In this document: positions 12,301-25,020 of the stretch, piece after piece
Position numbering within the stretch: the first letter of the stretch is position 1
Layout of the letters: each line of letters starts with the position of its first letter
DNA from: Euglena gracilis
Taxonomy: Eukaryota
Direction of reading: 5' to 3'
Length of the DNA stretch: 64,000 bases
Assembly: GCA_039621445.1 (NCBI GenBank)
Contig: CP154954.1
Coordinates: forward strand, 7,389,425-7,453,424
Made by a program: the position numbers and the translations under genes
The notes under the pieces: generated by a model
Told to the model about the DNA's origin: nothing
Databases searched by the model: none
Seen by the model: the letters and a program-made list of their open reading frames with translations, nothing else

Positions 12301-15300
12301 GGCACACATGGATAAGGCTAAAAGAATATGCACAATACCCGACACAGAAATATATTCCACATAAAAATTGTCTGGGAGGATATCTCCCCAAAATGAGAAA
12401 TCACATGCGTGGTTTATCAGCTAGCATCTTTAGTTGGCAAATATGACAACCATTTGGTTTCCAACTTTCAAGATGGAAAACAGAACAAAAAGTACTTCCA
12501 ATTTTTTTTTCGATCTTAAGTTGAAAACTCAAGTTGAGTTCAATGTGCAACAGAAATTGGCATGTAAAATATCTATCAACTGCGTCATTCATATCCAGTA
12601 AAAAATGTGGGATCCTTCCAACCTGACCTCAGAAAATAAATTGGACATAATATCCTGGGGACGTACTCGCCAGCACTGCAACTGTGACCGTTTTTGGCAT
12701 AATTTCCACTTTTTCCCTCAAAAAAGGAGATAATGAACACCTCTCCTTTTCCCTCAGAAAAGGAGAGGTGCAATTGTTCATATAAATACATATGAACAAT
12801 TACACCGAGCTGTGGCAGGAAATAACGAAAGCGATCTCTGGGTTGAAACTCTCAGTGCCATTTTGAAAAACAGAAAAAATAGAAAAACTAATTCAATGTG
12901 GGTAAACCCTCCCCCCAAAATATAACCCCCCAAAAACAACCCCCCCAAAATATTCCGACATCAGGATCGGAGTTACAACCCCCCAAAACAACACAAAAGG
13001 AGGGGTTTTTGGACTTGTTGCGACCTACACAGACAAGATTTTTGGTTTCGCAGAGACTGGAACGAAATTTTTTTCACGAGGAAAAAAACATGCTGAATAA
13101 TATGCTTAAAACTAAAGGAAAATGGCATTTATTCACTCCCCAGGGCACAGGGCTGGAAGAGAACTTTTTACTGCATCCCAAAAAAAGTCGCAATAATATT
13201 TCTGTGCTATACCTCCCATCCCTGGACTTCGAGCAGAAAAATAATGCCCTAGGGGTGATTTGGGGGTGGGGGCTTATCCCCTGCCTATATCCAACAACCA
13301 GTTTTAACAACATCTGTACGCCAACAGGGGGAGGTCGCTGTCCTCCGACTGGGGGTCTGTCGTCACAGAGGTTTTTTTTTTGGTACAAAGAAACACTCCT
13401 GCGGACTTTCCAAAATGCCGAATAATCCTTCGACCTGGGGGCGGGATATTCGTTGGACATAGGGGGAAAACTCCAGAGGAAAATTCGTTTTGAGACCTCT
13501 TGAAACCATGCAACGATCAAAAAACTCATCAGGATCCAACAGCAAAGGAAAGACAAAGGCCCCCTGGGGGACCACGGCACCTGCTCCACTTCTCGAGGTA
13601 CTCGGTTGTCCACCAGTTTCAGGCAATTTGTGACAAAGCAGGCCAGCCTGAGATGGACCGCCGAACACCATGGGACTTCCAAAGTTCTTCCAAAGTTCAG
13701 AAGTTTTGTACGATTCTCAAGGGTTAAAAGATAACAAAAAGTGTGAACAATTGGGCCCCTCATGGGGGCCAGGTAGCTTTCCCGTGGGAGGGGGGGGTCG
13801 ACTTTCCCAGATGCACTGCACTCTGGGTATCGGATTATTTTTCGTTTTGTTTGGCACTTTACGGCTGCCACACAGAATACATACATATTTGGTACAGTCG
13901 TGCAATGCCCCCCCAGTCCAAGTGTGCATTTTACATCATCAATTTTGAGGTATGGGCTCAGGCTCAGGCAGTCAGGAACAGACGGAGAGCCGGATGGCTT
14001 TGCAGGCCTGGGCAGGGATCCGAGCCCCGGCGCACATACAATCGATGGCAGTTTTGACGGCCTCTCCAGAGTTGGGGTCGATGGATGGCTGCTCAAGGCC
14101 GCACAGGGGGAACAGCTTGCACGTGATGGGAGCAGGCGTGGGGGCCAACGTTCTACAGGAGCTTGCTTCTTCGACTTGAAAGACCATCCCAAAAATGGAT
14201 TTCGATTTTTTTTAAAAGACAAACAACGAAAGGGGATAGACAGAACATGAAAAAAATCCGATAAGTGGTGCAGAAATCTGGTTCTACATTTTTTTTCTCG
14301 ACAACGTAGGTTTTAGTGTCCGCCTTTCGATTAATATTTATAACGTGTTTTCACGGCTTTACGCATTACCTGCTTCAAAGGGGGTGGGTCGGAGGTTCAG
14401 GGGAGGCGAACCCTGTAGAAATGTCCTGAAAAAAACCCTGTAGCTAACCCATTGAGTAATGCCATACAAACCAGCTAGATCTTGTAGAACAAAGTTACGC
14501 ATTGCAAAAACGCAATACATTAGTAATGCGCCAAAATATGGGTTAAAAGAATGTATTCTTTCAAATTCAAATTGCATCACAATTAGGGGTGTAAACTGCC
14601 TGAGTGGGGCCATAATCCCAGGCGATCACCGAGTACTTCGCCAGGATGTGTTGTGAAGCAGCCAACACGAAATACCCCAGCAATCAGCCGAAGGCGTAAA
14701 ATCTTGACTCTTCCATGCACAGTGAAGCGTTGGAGGAAAAAATGCTCAATTTGCAGGGAAAAAGGCGGTGTGGATGGCTAGGGACTTTGAAGCAGTTGCT
14801 ATAAATGAACAGAATCCAAAACTGCACCTTTAAATTGGAGGGGGTGCTATCGTTAGCAATCACTGGCAAACAAATCCTTTAGCTCCCCCCCCCTTGTCTA
14901 AGAACCAGAAAAGATAGATAAGAACCAGGGGGGGTGGCTTAATTTGCCAAAATATGGGTAAGATCCGGGTGGTGGCATGAAACAAGGAGGAAAACTATGA
15001 CTGCAAAGAATCCGGTGCCTCATGCTGAAAAGGAAAAAAAAACATTCTTGGTTTGGAGGTCCACTGTTGAACATACAGGTATTTGGATGCAAAAACCAAT
15101 AATATTTCACCAAATCAGGCTGCAGAAATCGCGAAATTATCGAGGCATTTGTCTTGAAAGTGCACACAAAATAAGCTTCCCTAATAAGATGACCTTTAAA
15201 AAAGTGGTTAAGAACCGGAGGGGGGGGGTGCTTCCCCAGGTGAAAGGGGTACGATCTGGGGACTGGGGGAGCATGCGGATATTCCAACCAAAACAGCGAA

Positions 15301-18300
15301 ATGGGTTGGTTGTGGCTGCAGCCTGCCGCGGCCAACCAAACCAAGTCTAAACTCCCATGCCACACCCTCTGATTTGCTGGAGAAGTTGTCACCCAGGCTT
15401 CAAGAGGGAGGGGAACATTACCCCCCCCCCCCGCCTGTCCAAGCTCCACCCTTGTCAGGAATCATCATTTGGGTGTGCACCTGCTGATTTGTCAGATGGT
15501 GTCCTCTTTAACGGAGACAGCTGCCCCCCGGCAGCTGCCACCTTCACTTCTGCAGCTTCCAACGTCCTGCTCTGTTGTCGACGCATGACACATCGTCCCA
15601 GTGTGTTTCTGTGGGGCTTTCACCCTGTGGATGACAGCGTCCATTTAATAAACAACCGTAAATAGATAAGAATCATCTCTTTGTACAATACGGACACGTA
15701 AATGTAGAATATGGCTGAACGTCGTGCTCCTGAGTGACGTGCCGAAGCGAGCGTCAGCCCACGAGTATTCAACCCAGCTGGGCAGCCCTTCGGGTTGGCG
15801 AGTTGCCTGCAGGGGCCACCCCACAACCGGTGCTTTGGTGCAGGCCGGGCGGAACATGCGCTCCTGGCCCAGGGCGGCGGCGAGGGCCAGCGGGGTGAGC
15901 CGCTCCGCGTTGAGCCAGTGGCGCACGTCGCTGTCCTCCAGCCCCTCCCGCCGCATCTCCTCCACGACGTGGTCGCCCGCAACCCTTCCCCACCGCCGCC
16001 CGGCTCCCGCCTGCCCCGGAACAGCCGGGGCGTTAGGGCTCGTGTTGTTTGGCACGCGAAAAGGCTGCTGGGAGGTGTTGAGTGTTGAATTAATTCGTTT
16101 TTAGGCTTATCGTTCGTCGAACCTGGATCCAGCTGGCTCGGGCTCCTCTTCCATTCATACAATGCCTTGAACACCCCACCCCTTCCTGGCAAACAGCTCA
16201 ATGTGTATTTGGCGTGCATCAGCTCGCCATTATGCTCCAAACACAAAACACATTGACAGCGGATAAATTCTGCATCAATCGCATGCCTACGTGTTCTGTT
16301 TCTCAGGACACAAGAGTTGTGTTTCCACATCGGAAAAGTGCGTGTCTCTTTTACTTCTCCCACATGGTGTCTAATTACTTAATAGAAGAAAACACACCCT
16401 GGCATCACAAATTACGCTTGTAGACACGTCCAACTGATTTCCATACAAAGGGTTATTCATATGCGTTCAGACATTGCTCCGACGAAATTCATAACATGTC
16501 TGCCTCTCTTTGAAAAAAAGTTCAGAGCACGCCAGGACGGGATATGAGGGGATGGTTGGCCGTACATTTCGGGCAAATCAAACCCAGGGCTAAACCGGCA
16601 TGTCATCATCAACCACACTCAAGATGAGCATCCATTGGCAGAGAAGAGAATGAGAAATTAATTCGCTGGATTGTGAAAGCAAAAAAAAAAAAACAAGGAG
16701 CGAAACCTCGTAAGCCATCCATGTTCACAGTGCACTCCAATGTGACATTGTAGGAGGAGCCCTGTGCGTGGATTACTGCCATATGAAGGGCAGAGTTGCC
16801 AAAACAATCCGTGGTGGTGATTAGGTGCAGAGGAACGCAAAGAGCAGTTGAGGCGGCATGGCAAGACCAGAGAATAATGCTCCGGTGGGCAGATGCCAAT
16901 TTATTTGTGATTTGATTGTGGGAATTCACAGAAAAGCTTTAATGAGTAGGGGACAGCACAAAAATGGGAAATTCAAAAAAAAGTGTGTTTTGTGCCGCTT
17001 CCAGATATATCTCCACAACCAGCGCATTTCCTTTCATCCTCGCAGGGGCTGGAGAAGTTGCTCATCGTTTTTCTTTCCAACGCTTCATAAATGGCAGATT
17101 CCTGTGCCCGTGGGTGTGCGTCGCCCTGCGCCGATTCTTCAGGAGGCGGCGCAGCCAGCAGCGGTCGGCACTCCGGGTGGCGGTGATGCACTGCAGGAGG
17201 TCCAGCTGGTTGCTGGACACTGCGAAGAGCAGCGGGCACCGGTTGCAGGGACCGCTGGGCCGGGATGCCTCCCGCCCCCAGGGAGGTGGGGGTTCGACCC
17301 CCTCCCACACCCACCACAACAACAGCCCTGTGGGGGAGGGGGGTTTCAGGAATTCCCATACAGCCGGGTGCTTCTTGGTCCTTTCCCAGAGGTTTTTTTA
17401 GGGCCTGAGGGGAGGGGGGGTGGCGGACCCACCAACCCACCCACCCCTTGGGGGGCCTGCTGGGGGGGGGGGGGGCTTGAGGGGGACTTACTTTGAGGGG
17501 TCAACTTTGGTCCAATTTTTTTTCGGACCAAAAATAGAAGAAAACCCAGCCTCCGGCGGGGTGTCCACCCGGCCCGCCGCCCCCCCCCCCCTGGGGGGCT
17601 CGGCCTTGACGCACCACGCCCCCCCCCCCCGGGTTACTAAACCTGCGTAAGAGCCTGACCGTTTTTGGGGTGGGGAAAGTGGAACTGTGCCACCAGTGTG
17701 GGGTGTAAGAATGCAAGCAGGTCCCTGGCCCCCCAAAGTAGGCCTCTCCCCCGGGGGAGAAGAATGAACCAGTGGCAGGGGTGAGGTGGCGCGGGTGAAT
17801 CAAGGAGCGTTGGGAGGTGTGAGATAAATGCGGCAAAACAATATGATCGGATAGATCAGATAGATGCAACACTCTGGACTGGCCACCGTCATTCCCATGT
17901 CTTGTTTCAATAAACAAATTGGAAATTTTTTGAACACGTCAATGATGAAAACTTTGGAACAACAGACTGACAGAATGTCACGTAGTTGTCATTCACGCAG
18001 TTGTCACATCGCCTCGAAAAAGGATTTGGAACCCAAAGGTCCTAAGGGATTTGCACCCCCCCAAAATGACGTGAAAACATCAGGGATTGGTTTTCAACGC
18101 TCCTGCGCCCACCTTCCTGAGTTAATAGCTTATTCCTCGTCTGTTGTGATCGGTCATCATCCCAACGCACATTAGCATAGCAACCCTGTTCATAATCAGT
18201 GACTTTACAGCACACGTTTGGAGCCCAGTCTTTTGAAAGGAATAACACCCTCAGCCATATTGCCCCCCCCCAGGGGGATGAGGTGAGGTTCTGTTTCCAA

Positions 18301-21300
18301 GGCCCAACCACAACCCTTCAACCCCAGGGTCGAATCTCAGCTAAAGGTCGCTGAGAACATTTTGTCAGGCATTTGTCGTGGTGAAGTAAGCACTTCCCAT
18401 CGGAGAGGGCGGGGATAACCCATTGGGGACCTTTGAAATGGAGGGCTTTGGCCTCACAACTGGCATGTTGTCTCCGCGTTGAGCAGCTCCGGGTGACGGT
18501 CCAGCAGCCATCGCACCAGCTCTACGTCCTGGTCAGGGCTTTGCTGCATGAGTTGAAGAGGGGTTTGTTCAATCCTCAGTTGGAGGGGGGGATATTGTGG
18601 CCCATGCGGGGGCCAACCCCCACCTGCGGTGCAATCAGGAATTTTCTTGAGGACCCTTGGGGGGTCCACCCCGTGGGCCGGCTGGAAAAAGGTGCTGGCT
18701 GGACCCCCCCCCCAAAGAGTGCGGGGGGTCCAGCTGGCTGGGAACAACAGCTGGACCCGGCGGGTACACCCCCCCCAAAAATGCCAAAAAAGCCCAAACC
18801 CAGCCAGCTGTGTTGGCATTTCTCAGCCAAAATCTTGAGATGAAAACCCCCCCAAAAAACCACCCCAAAAAGTCAGTTTTAGCCATTTTTGACCCCTTTT
18901 CAAAATTTTATGGTCCATGGCTTCGCCAGGTTGGCCCGAACTTTATTTCAGTGGACCCCCCTCGGGGGGGGGGGTCCGATTCCCCCCAGGGAGGTGCTGG
19001 CTGGTAAAAAGGTGCTGGCTGGACCCCCCCCTCCGGAGGTCTGGGTCCCCTCCGGCTTAAGAGAACCCCTGGGCGCAATACCCTTGATATCCAGCAATTC
19101 TGCAGCCACCAGCTGAACCACCTGATAACTCCCAACAGGCGGCTCGGGGGGGGGGGTCAACTGGTTTTTGGCTGACCGCCAGGGAGGGGGGGGGTTGCCC
19201 AAAATTGACCAAAATGCGGGTTTAAGCACCTTTTGAGCAAGAAAAACCCCAAAATCAAAAATTTTATCTGGACTCCTTTGGAAGGTGGGGGAGGGTCCAG
19301 CATCCCTGGTCTGAGGTGCGCCCCAAACCCCGAGTCACCCTCCTTGAATGGAACACTGCTCCCCCTTCTCCGGGAAAGGCCTGATTCTGGTGGATGATGG
19401 CGATGTGCAAGATGTTCTCCCCCGTGTATTCCCCTTCTCCATACACAGATGTCTGGGGCAGAATGATTTGGTGTGACAAAACGCTGCTTCCGTTCTCATC
19501 AATCTTCCAAGGGCCTACACAAAACAAAAACAGACCCCACCACACAACAAACATGCACATGGTTCGACCAATGCCCATAAACACGCCCACAGCAGCCCAC
19601 CCCCAACCCGTCCGCCCACAGCCACATCCGGGGAACATATTTCTCTCGGCATTGGCGCTCAGTGGGTACCCGGCGCTCAGTTATATGTCATAATTTTCCA
19701 TACCATCCTGATTGCCAGCTTAGGGTAGCACTCCACAAGCATCTTGCCGATGTCAGTCTGCCGGTACAAAAAAGCGATGTGGATTGGATTGGCTCCGACC
19801 GCATCAGACAGCAGGGGTCCATCGTTTTTATCCAAACAGACCCAAAACCCAACTGTGAGAGACTTCGGAATAAAAAAAAACCATTTCCGATGCACAAATA
19901 CCCCAGCACGACTTGACTTCCAGCGTTCCAGCGTTCTGGGACAGGAAACCGGTTGAAAGACGAAGAATCAATCAAGGGCCAAAGTGGTCAGAGTGGGGGA
20001 GGGAAGAAGACTCGAACAAACTTTCCTGGATTTGAAAACTATGGGTTTCGGGTCTTAGGAAATGCCCACTTTATAACAAGGAAGGTTGGATCAGGTGGCG
20101 GTCCATTTTGAGTCCATTTTGGGCCTGGAGGGCCTGGACCGCCCCATCCCCGCCGTCCCCTTCTCCGGTGCTGGGCCCCTGGGCGGTGTGGCGCAGGACG
20201 GAGGGGTCCTGGGCCGCCAGCTGCCGCACCGCCTCCTGCCGGCCCTCCTTGATAGCCCGGAAGATCCCCGCGCCGGCAGGCTGGGGGGGGGGGCATCCAG
20301 TGGGTTATTGGGGGGTATGAATGGGAACAATTCCAATCCAAATCAGCCAGCACACCGTGAGCACAGGTTCCATTTTTATGACATTTTTATTCCCTTCTCC
20401 TATTCCGGCATATTGTCGTGTGAGGAGTTTATTTGGGTCCCTAGTACCTAGTACCGACTTAATTGTCACGTGATGGTTTCCTGGTGGGGTGGAAAAACAA
20501 TCCAAACGTCAAGGGTGGCACAGGCACAGTGGCGAGTGGCACAGGCACCTCCGCGCCACTCGCCTCCGGGAGGCCACAGGCGTCGGATTGCCCAGCAAAG
20601 TGCCCCCCAGCTGAGTTGCAGCAACGTTGGGCTGCCAAACCACCTTTGCCAACTTAGGGGTGGGTAATTTTCAATTGTCGGATGAACAGGACCATTAAGT
20701 TAGGTCAGAATTATTTATAAAAACTCCATTTAACAACTTGCTTTTTGGAAAAATGATCAATGGGTCCATCAATGATTTTGGGTACACCCAAATAATTTTG
20801 CAGGCAATAGGGCCAAAAGATCGGTCTTCTAACTTTGCAGACATTTTGGATGGATTTTTGTGCTCACCACCTCCTGAGTTTCCAAAAAAAGATGCATCAT
20901 TCCACATGCTTCTCCTTCTGTCTGAAGGGGGGGGATTATTATTATTATGGGGCCTTTCTTTTGAGCCGCAATATTTTTCAGCCTTCCCCCCGGCATGTTA
21001 TTCGGGCACACAAAGTTTGAGGGTATTGCAAAATTGGGAGGCAGGGTTTACAGAACGGTAGACAACAGGCGTGGCACTTTGAATCCAAGTGATGAAGGCC
21101 TTGCTATTTGCAAGGAGGCGGAAGCAAACATCCCCCAATCCACAGGCACGTAATAATTCATTTGAACTTGGTTTCTGGTCTCTGGTAGAAAACTTCTTGG
21201 ATCTGGTATTTCTGGTGATAAAAATTGATGCCTGGAAAAAACGTCCCTGGCCCCCATCCAGCCTGGGCCTTGTGCATCCGCTGCTGGTCGCTGCGAGAGC

Positions 21301-21602
21301 GGCTGTCGTTGTGCGGCTGGGACTGCCGGCGGAGGGTGCGCGGCCGCGGGTGGGGCCCGCGGAGGTGAGGGCAGCGGTGCGCCGAGGTGGGGTCGTTTCA
21401 GCCGTGCAAAGGTGGACAACAATTACCAACAAAATTTTGATAAAACACCCGAGGCGGGCCTCCACCCAATCCCAAACCCCGAATCTTGATGGGGTGGGTG
21501 GGTGGGTCCAGGGCAGACCCCCCCCCTAGTTGGACTAAGGCTTCTTGTATGTTTATGGCCGGCGCTAACTACCGCTGGATCCCAGTGGATGAGGTGTTCC
21601 AT
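3321..21602 (-). CDS. Ankyrin-repeat TRPV-like cation channel, copy 1 (about 27 exons, roughly 780 aa; +2 frameshift in exon 18 as assembled)
   Basis: Hand-spliced exons, in transcript order: 21581-21602, 21269-21393, 20185-20271, 19714-19805, 19387-19453, 18466-18528, 17731-17770, 17132-17240, 16768-16822, 16562-16579, 15851-15974, 14606-14652, 14014-14127, 13581-13634, 12085-~12231, ~11206-11315, ~10623-10658, 9545-~9624, 8895-8976, 8508-8565, 7227-7344, 6721-6823, 4554-4673, 4272-4312, ~4040-4125, ~3665-3734, ~3321-3608. The translation shows ankyrin repeats (DAVGANPIHIA, EYTGENILHIAI, GSFFSPGGEAYFGGCPLLFA, DCFGNSALHMAV, LNAERLTPLALAA), WDYGPITCKLFPL, pre-S1 VLDKKWDAFG, the S4-S5 linker GFRSTGPFVIMIKEML, pore LGLVGDF, S6 LLLNLLIAMMGNTY and a TRP-box-like WYLERA. 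The 3' end and a few junctions are uncertain. Confidence 0.9.
5883..6579. mobile_element. hAT-like MITE (also at 31383-32052)
   Basis: Ends CAGAGGGGGG/CCCCCCTCTG, flanked by a (G)TCCTATT direct repeat; subterminal AAAATGCGCA arrays at both ends. Confidence 0.75.
9069..9190. repeat. Compound (CA)n(GA)n microsatellite (also at ~34578-34700)
   Basis: Directly visible. Confidence 0.95.
9777..10354. mobile_element. Tc1/mariner-like foldback MITE (also at 35248-35825)
   Basis: Inverted arms of about 220 bp starting CAGTAGGGAAAC, flanked by TA on both sides. Confidence 0.85.
18650..19310. repeat. Dispersed repeat with an AAAAAGGTGCTGGCTGGACCCCCC motif
   Basis: The motif occurs at ~18686 and ~19006, in the duplicate region, and in related form at ~52570 and ~61300; ends not defined. 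Confidence 0.5.
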
Positions 21603-21958
21603 TGGTCAGTCAGTTCAAATAAAGTTTTGTGTTCATTCAAAATGAAGGAACACAGTGGAACAGGGCAAACACCTTGTGCTGTGGGACAGCCTCCCACAGC
21701 AGGCACCCTCCCAGGGGGCCCAGTGATCATTCCCTTGACCATTCCCTTGTGAATGCCCGTTTTGGGCCCCAAGCTCCGTCGGCGGTGGGGGGGGGGGGTG
21801 GCACTGGGTGCGCTGGGGTGTGCTTTGGCACTGTCCAGCCAAACCCCGCCCGCCCAGGGTGGGGGGGTCGAAAATGCCCAACCACCTGCCTGCCCACAGC
21901 ACCAACCGCTCGGAGGGCGAACCTCCTTAAAAAAAAAAAGAAGCCGACCCAACCACCC

Positions 21959-21971
21959 NNNNNNNNNNNNN
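21959..21971. other. Assembly gap (13 N)
   Basis: Run of n characters. Confidence 1.
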
Positions 21972-21997
21972 GGGCAGGGGGCATGGTGCCCACCCAC

Positions 21998-24900
21998 CGC
22001 ACGAGCTGGATCTGGAAAGCTGGAGGCTGAGGGTTTTTAGGAGGGATCGGCCGACAGGGCTAAATCGTTGAAAAAGTGTCCCCGAATGGCGGGAGCGCAG
22101 TCGAACAGATTTGGAGCTTAGTGCACCCCGTTGTGAGGTTGACGGCCGAGCTGGGTGCAGTGGGTCCGCCCCTTTGATGACGTCGGTGTTGTGCACTTCG
22201 CTCAGCCCATAGTCCAGCAGGATCTCTGGAGGAGGAGAGGAAAAAGATGGTGCGTGTGTAATAAGAATGAGCAGAGCTTCAGGTCAATCCCAAACACAGA
22301 CACACCCATCCTCACGTTAGCCATTCCCCAAAACAAACAAACGTTCAAGGCATACCTACAAAAAAACAATGACAGGTGATACTGGTGACAATTTATTCTA
22401 ACCACAAATGCATGCTCAACTTCTCAATGGGAAATTGATCAAAAAACAGAAAACAAACACAAAGAAAACACTAAAGCAACACTCATAACACACCACAGGA
22501 CACAGCGACTCGTCTGGAAACACCCACAATGCACACCCTGCCGGTAGCCCAGGCCCTCACTCACATACACCGCCGTCTCCACGCAGCGGAGGAATGGGGA
22601 GGTCACCACCACGCCGATGTCGGCAGACCGCAGCACACGGCCCGCCGCCAGCGCCGCCTCGCGCCCCGCGATAGTAAGAGGCACAAACACCGCCCTTCTG
22701 ACCTCGTCTTGCGATACCCCCCCCCGACACTGTCTCCAGACAAATCAGCGAGGACAGAGGATGTCAATGACTGGCAGCGGCCGACCACGGATCCAACCAC
22801 GGATATTAACCCCCCCCCCAAATATAAAAAACCCCCGGTTTTAAATTTTGGCGGAAATTTCAAGACCCCGAGGGAGGGTTTTATATTTGGGGGGGGTTTA
22901 TATTCGGTCGGAAAATCAACTTCCCGGCGGGCTCCGGTGGTCACTTTTTTGGTCCAAAATCACAAATACGCCCACCCTTGGGGGTCCAAAAACTTCATTT
23001 TTCGGGCGAAGGAGCATTTTTGACATGTTTTTGGTAAAAATTGTTCCCAAATCTGCCAAAAATCACAATTTGGGGAGAGAATTGTCGAAAAATTCGCGCC
23101 GGAGTTTATATTTGGTCGGGATTTCAAGGTCCTCAGGGGGGGTTTTACATTTGGGGGGGGTTTGTATTTGGGGGGGGTTATATTTGGGGGGGTTTACATT
23201 AAATTTCATTTGATTAATATTTGGTTGAAGCCGTGGCCATTGGGAGATGCCACTTGGACCTCCCCCCTGGAGATTCTACTTAGCCCCCCCGGGGGGGCCA
23301 AATAGAATCTTGCTGCCATGTATATATGTATATAGGGTATATATGTGCTATGTGCTATACATATGTGCGTGTATGTGTGTAAATGTACAAATATATATAC
23401 ATATATATGTATATATATATATTTGTATATATACAAATATATTTATATGTATACATATATATGTATGTACAGATATATAGATATATAGATATATAAGTTG
23501 GAAAAGGGGCTGGCTGCCATCCAACCAAATTGAGATGGATGAAGCACCTTGGTTGGCATCGGCCAATGAAGCAGGCTGCAACCTCCCACGACAATTCCTC
23601 CCGTATGATACACACTGTGCAACCGCATCGCAATGGGGGCGATAGCTCATTCCTGAACAGAGGTTTATTTTTAAGGATCCGGGGGTTCCGGACCCACCAA
23701 ACCACCCCTTCCCCCTGGGGGGGGGGGGCTCGGGGGGACCCAATTTTGGGGGTAAAATTATATTCGGCGCTTCTCACCTACTCAGCCCGACCCCACCCCT
23801 CCAAGGTGGGGCTCGGCCAAGACCCAGCCACCCCCCCAGGGTCACAAAACTTAAAAAAAATCTCTGTGTATTGGACTCTGTGGTTTGGCAGCAATTGTCT
23901 TTTGGCTTGGTGGCACCTTGACAAAAACACTTCGAGTGGTGATGGATCAGTATGCTGGTTGTGTTGCACACATGTTCGAGATTTGGGGGTGTTGAAAGGC
24001 TGCTTCACCCAGAGCCCGATGTCAACCTGTTGAGGGACGATGGCTGGGTCAAATGGACGCTCTGCAGAGTCCGTCCAAGCGGGGTTTAGGTCGTCCTGAG
24101 AAGATCAATGGCGGTGATGGGCTCTCAAAACAATCCAGAACTATACACTGCGGACTCCCATTGAATCGCATTGCCGACATTAAGACAAACACAAGTAAAC
24201 TCCAAAAAGGGGCCACCGATGTGAGCTTGATCATTTTGGTCCAAAAGGTCCACTGCCTGTGCCGTTATCAGGGTTCGATATAAGGACAGGTGGGGGGGGG
24301 TGGTCCGGACCCCCCCCCTGCGGGCCAGGAGGGGGGGGGGGTGGGTCAGCACCCCCCCCCCCTGGGGGGCCAGGAGGGGGGGGGGTGGGGGGGGGACACC
24401 CCCCCCACCTAAACAGTGGCGCGGTCAGGGTGACCGATTTTCGGCCCGGCGCGAAAAATTTTGACCCCCCAAAACGACCAAAAGTGCCATTTTGGGCACT
24501 TTTTGGGCAAAAATGTGCCAAAAATGCAAAAAATTTTCGGCGCAAAGCGCCGGAGGAACAAATTGACCCTTTTTGGGCGGGGTCCCGGGAACCCCCCCGA
24601 GGGTCGGTCCGGACCCCTGGCAGGTGGGGGGGCGGGTGGTCCGGACCCCCCCTGCGGGCCAGTAGGGGGGGGGGGGTGGGGGGGACACCCCCCCCACCTA
24701 AACCATGTACGCCCGCCTTATATCAAACCCTGGCCGTTATTGCGACAGAAAAAAAGACTTCCAGGAGCAAAAAAAAAAAGGACCCTATGCACAACACAGT
24801 CAAAGAAGCAAATGGAAAAACCGTGCCGCCAACACACCTCTCTCCTCCTTACTCGGAGCCCTAGGGAGGACCACACCTCCCTCTCCCCGTGGCGCATCAG

Positions 24901-25020
24901 GTACACATGCTGCTCCACCGCGCGCGGAGGGGCAGCCGCTGGACCCGGGCTGTTCTGGAGATCCCCGACCTCCGAGTCCGTCTCCTGCTGCCGGGGTGCC
25001 TCGCCGCCCGGCTGCCGGCC
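21998..25020 (-). CDS. Histidine phosphatase (phosphoglycerate-mutase-like) domain exons; 3' part runs into the N gap
   Basis: Exons ~25020-24877 (QHVYLMRHGERE), 24095-24046 (DDLNPAWTDSAERPFDP), 22682-22537 (PLTIAGREAALAAGRVLRSADIGVVVTSPFLRCVETA) and 22225-~21998 (EILLDYGLSEVHN) join in frame. They give the RHG, DPPLT and SPxxRCxET motifs. Two of the introns are GT-AG and one is a stem type. Confidence 0.85.
22805..23200. repeat. Dispersed repeat built from CCCCCCAAATATAA / TTATATTTGGGGGG units
   Basis: Several inverted and direct copies; related sequence at ~12900-12990 and ~38385-38470. Confidence 0.5.
23318..23495. repeat. Degenerate (TA)n/(TG)n microsatellite
   Basis: Directly visible; a similar tract lies at ~52330-52460. 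Confidence 0.9.
23658..23866. mobile_element. MITE with CAG/CTG termini
   Basis: Ends CAGAGGTTTATTTTTAAG / CTTAAAAAAAATCTCTG; TSD not recognisable. Similar starts occur at ~13366 and ~17387. Confidence 0.6.
24269..24732. mobile_element. hAT-like MITE inside a GT-AG intron of the phosphatase gene
   Basis: 17-bp TIR CAGGGTTCGATATAAGG / CCTTATATCAAACCCTG and a perfect 8-bp TSD GCCGTTAT; same family as 49356-49750. Confidence 0.92.

Noticed and set aside
13074-14222. Longest ORF in the track (382 aa)
   Set aside because: Chance open frame across introns; only a short part (13581-13634) looks coding in this frame, and it is broken in copy 2.
14455-14490. Possible exon LAGLYGITQ
   Set aside because: The join YGP|ITCKLFPLCGL (14606 to 14127) has a canonical stem and the better motif.
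15685-15725. Apparent exon TTFSHILHLR after GQERMF
   Set aside because: Bases 14606-14652 (QHILAKYSVIAWDYGP) fit the TRPV consensus and an intron stem much better.
16145-16190. Possible exon GVFKALYEW
   Set aside because: The flanking intron stems point instead to the DLPEMY microexon at 16562-16579.
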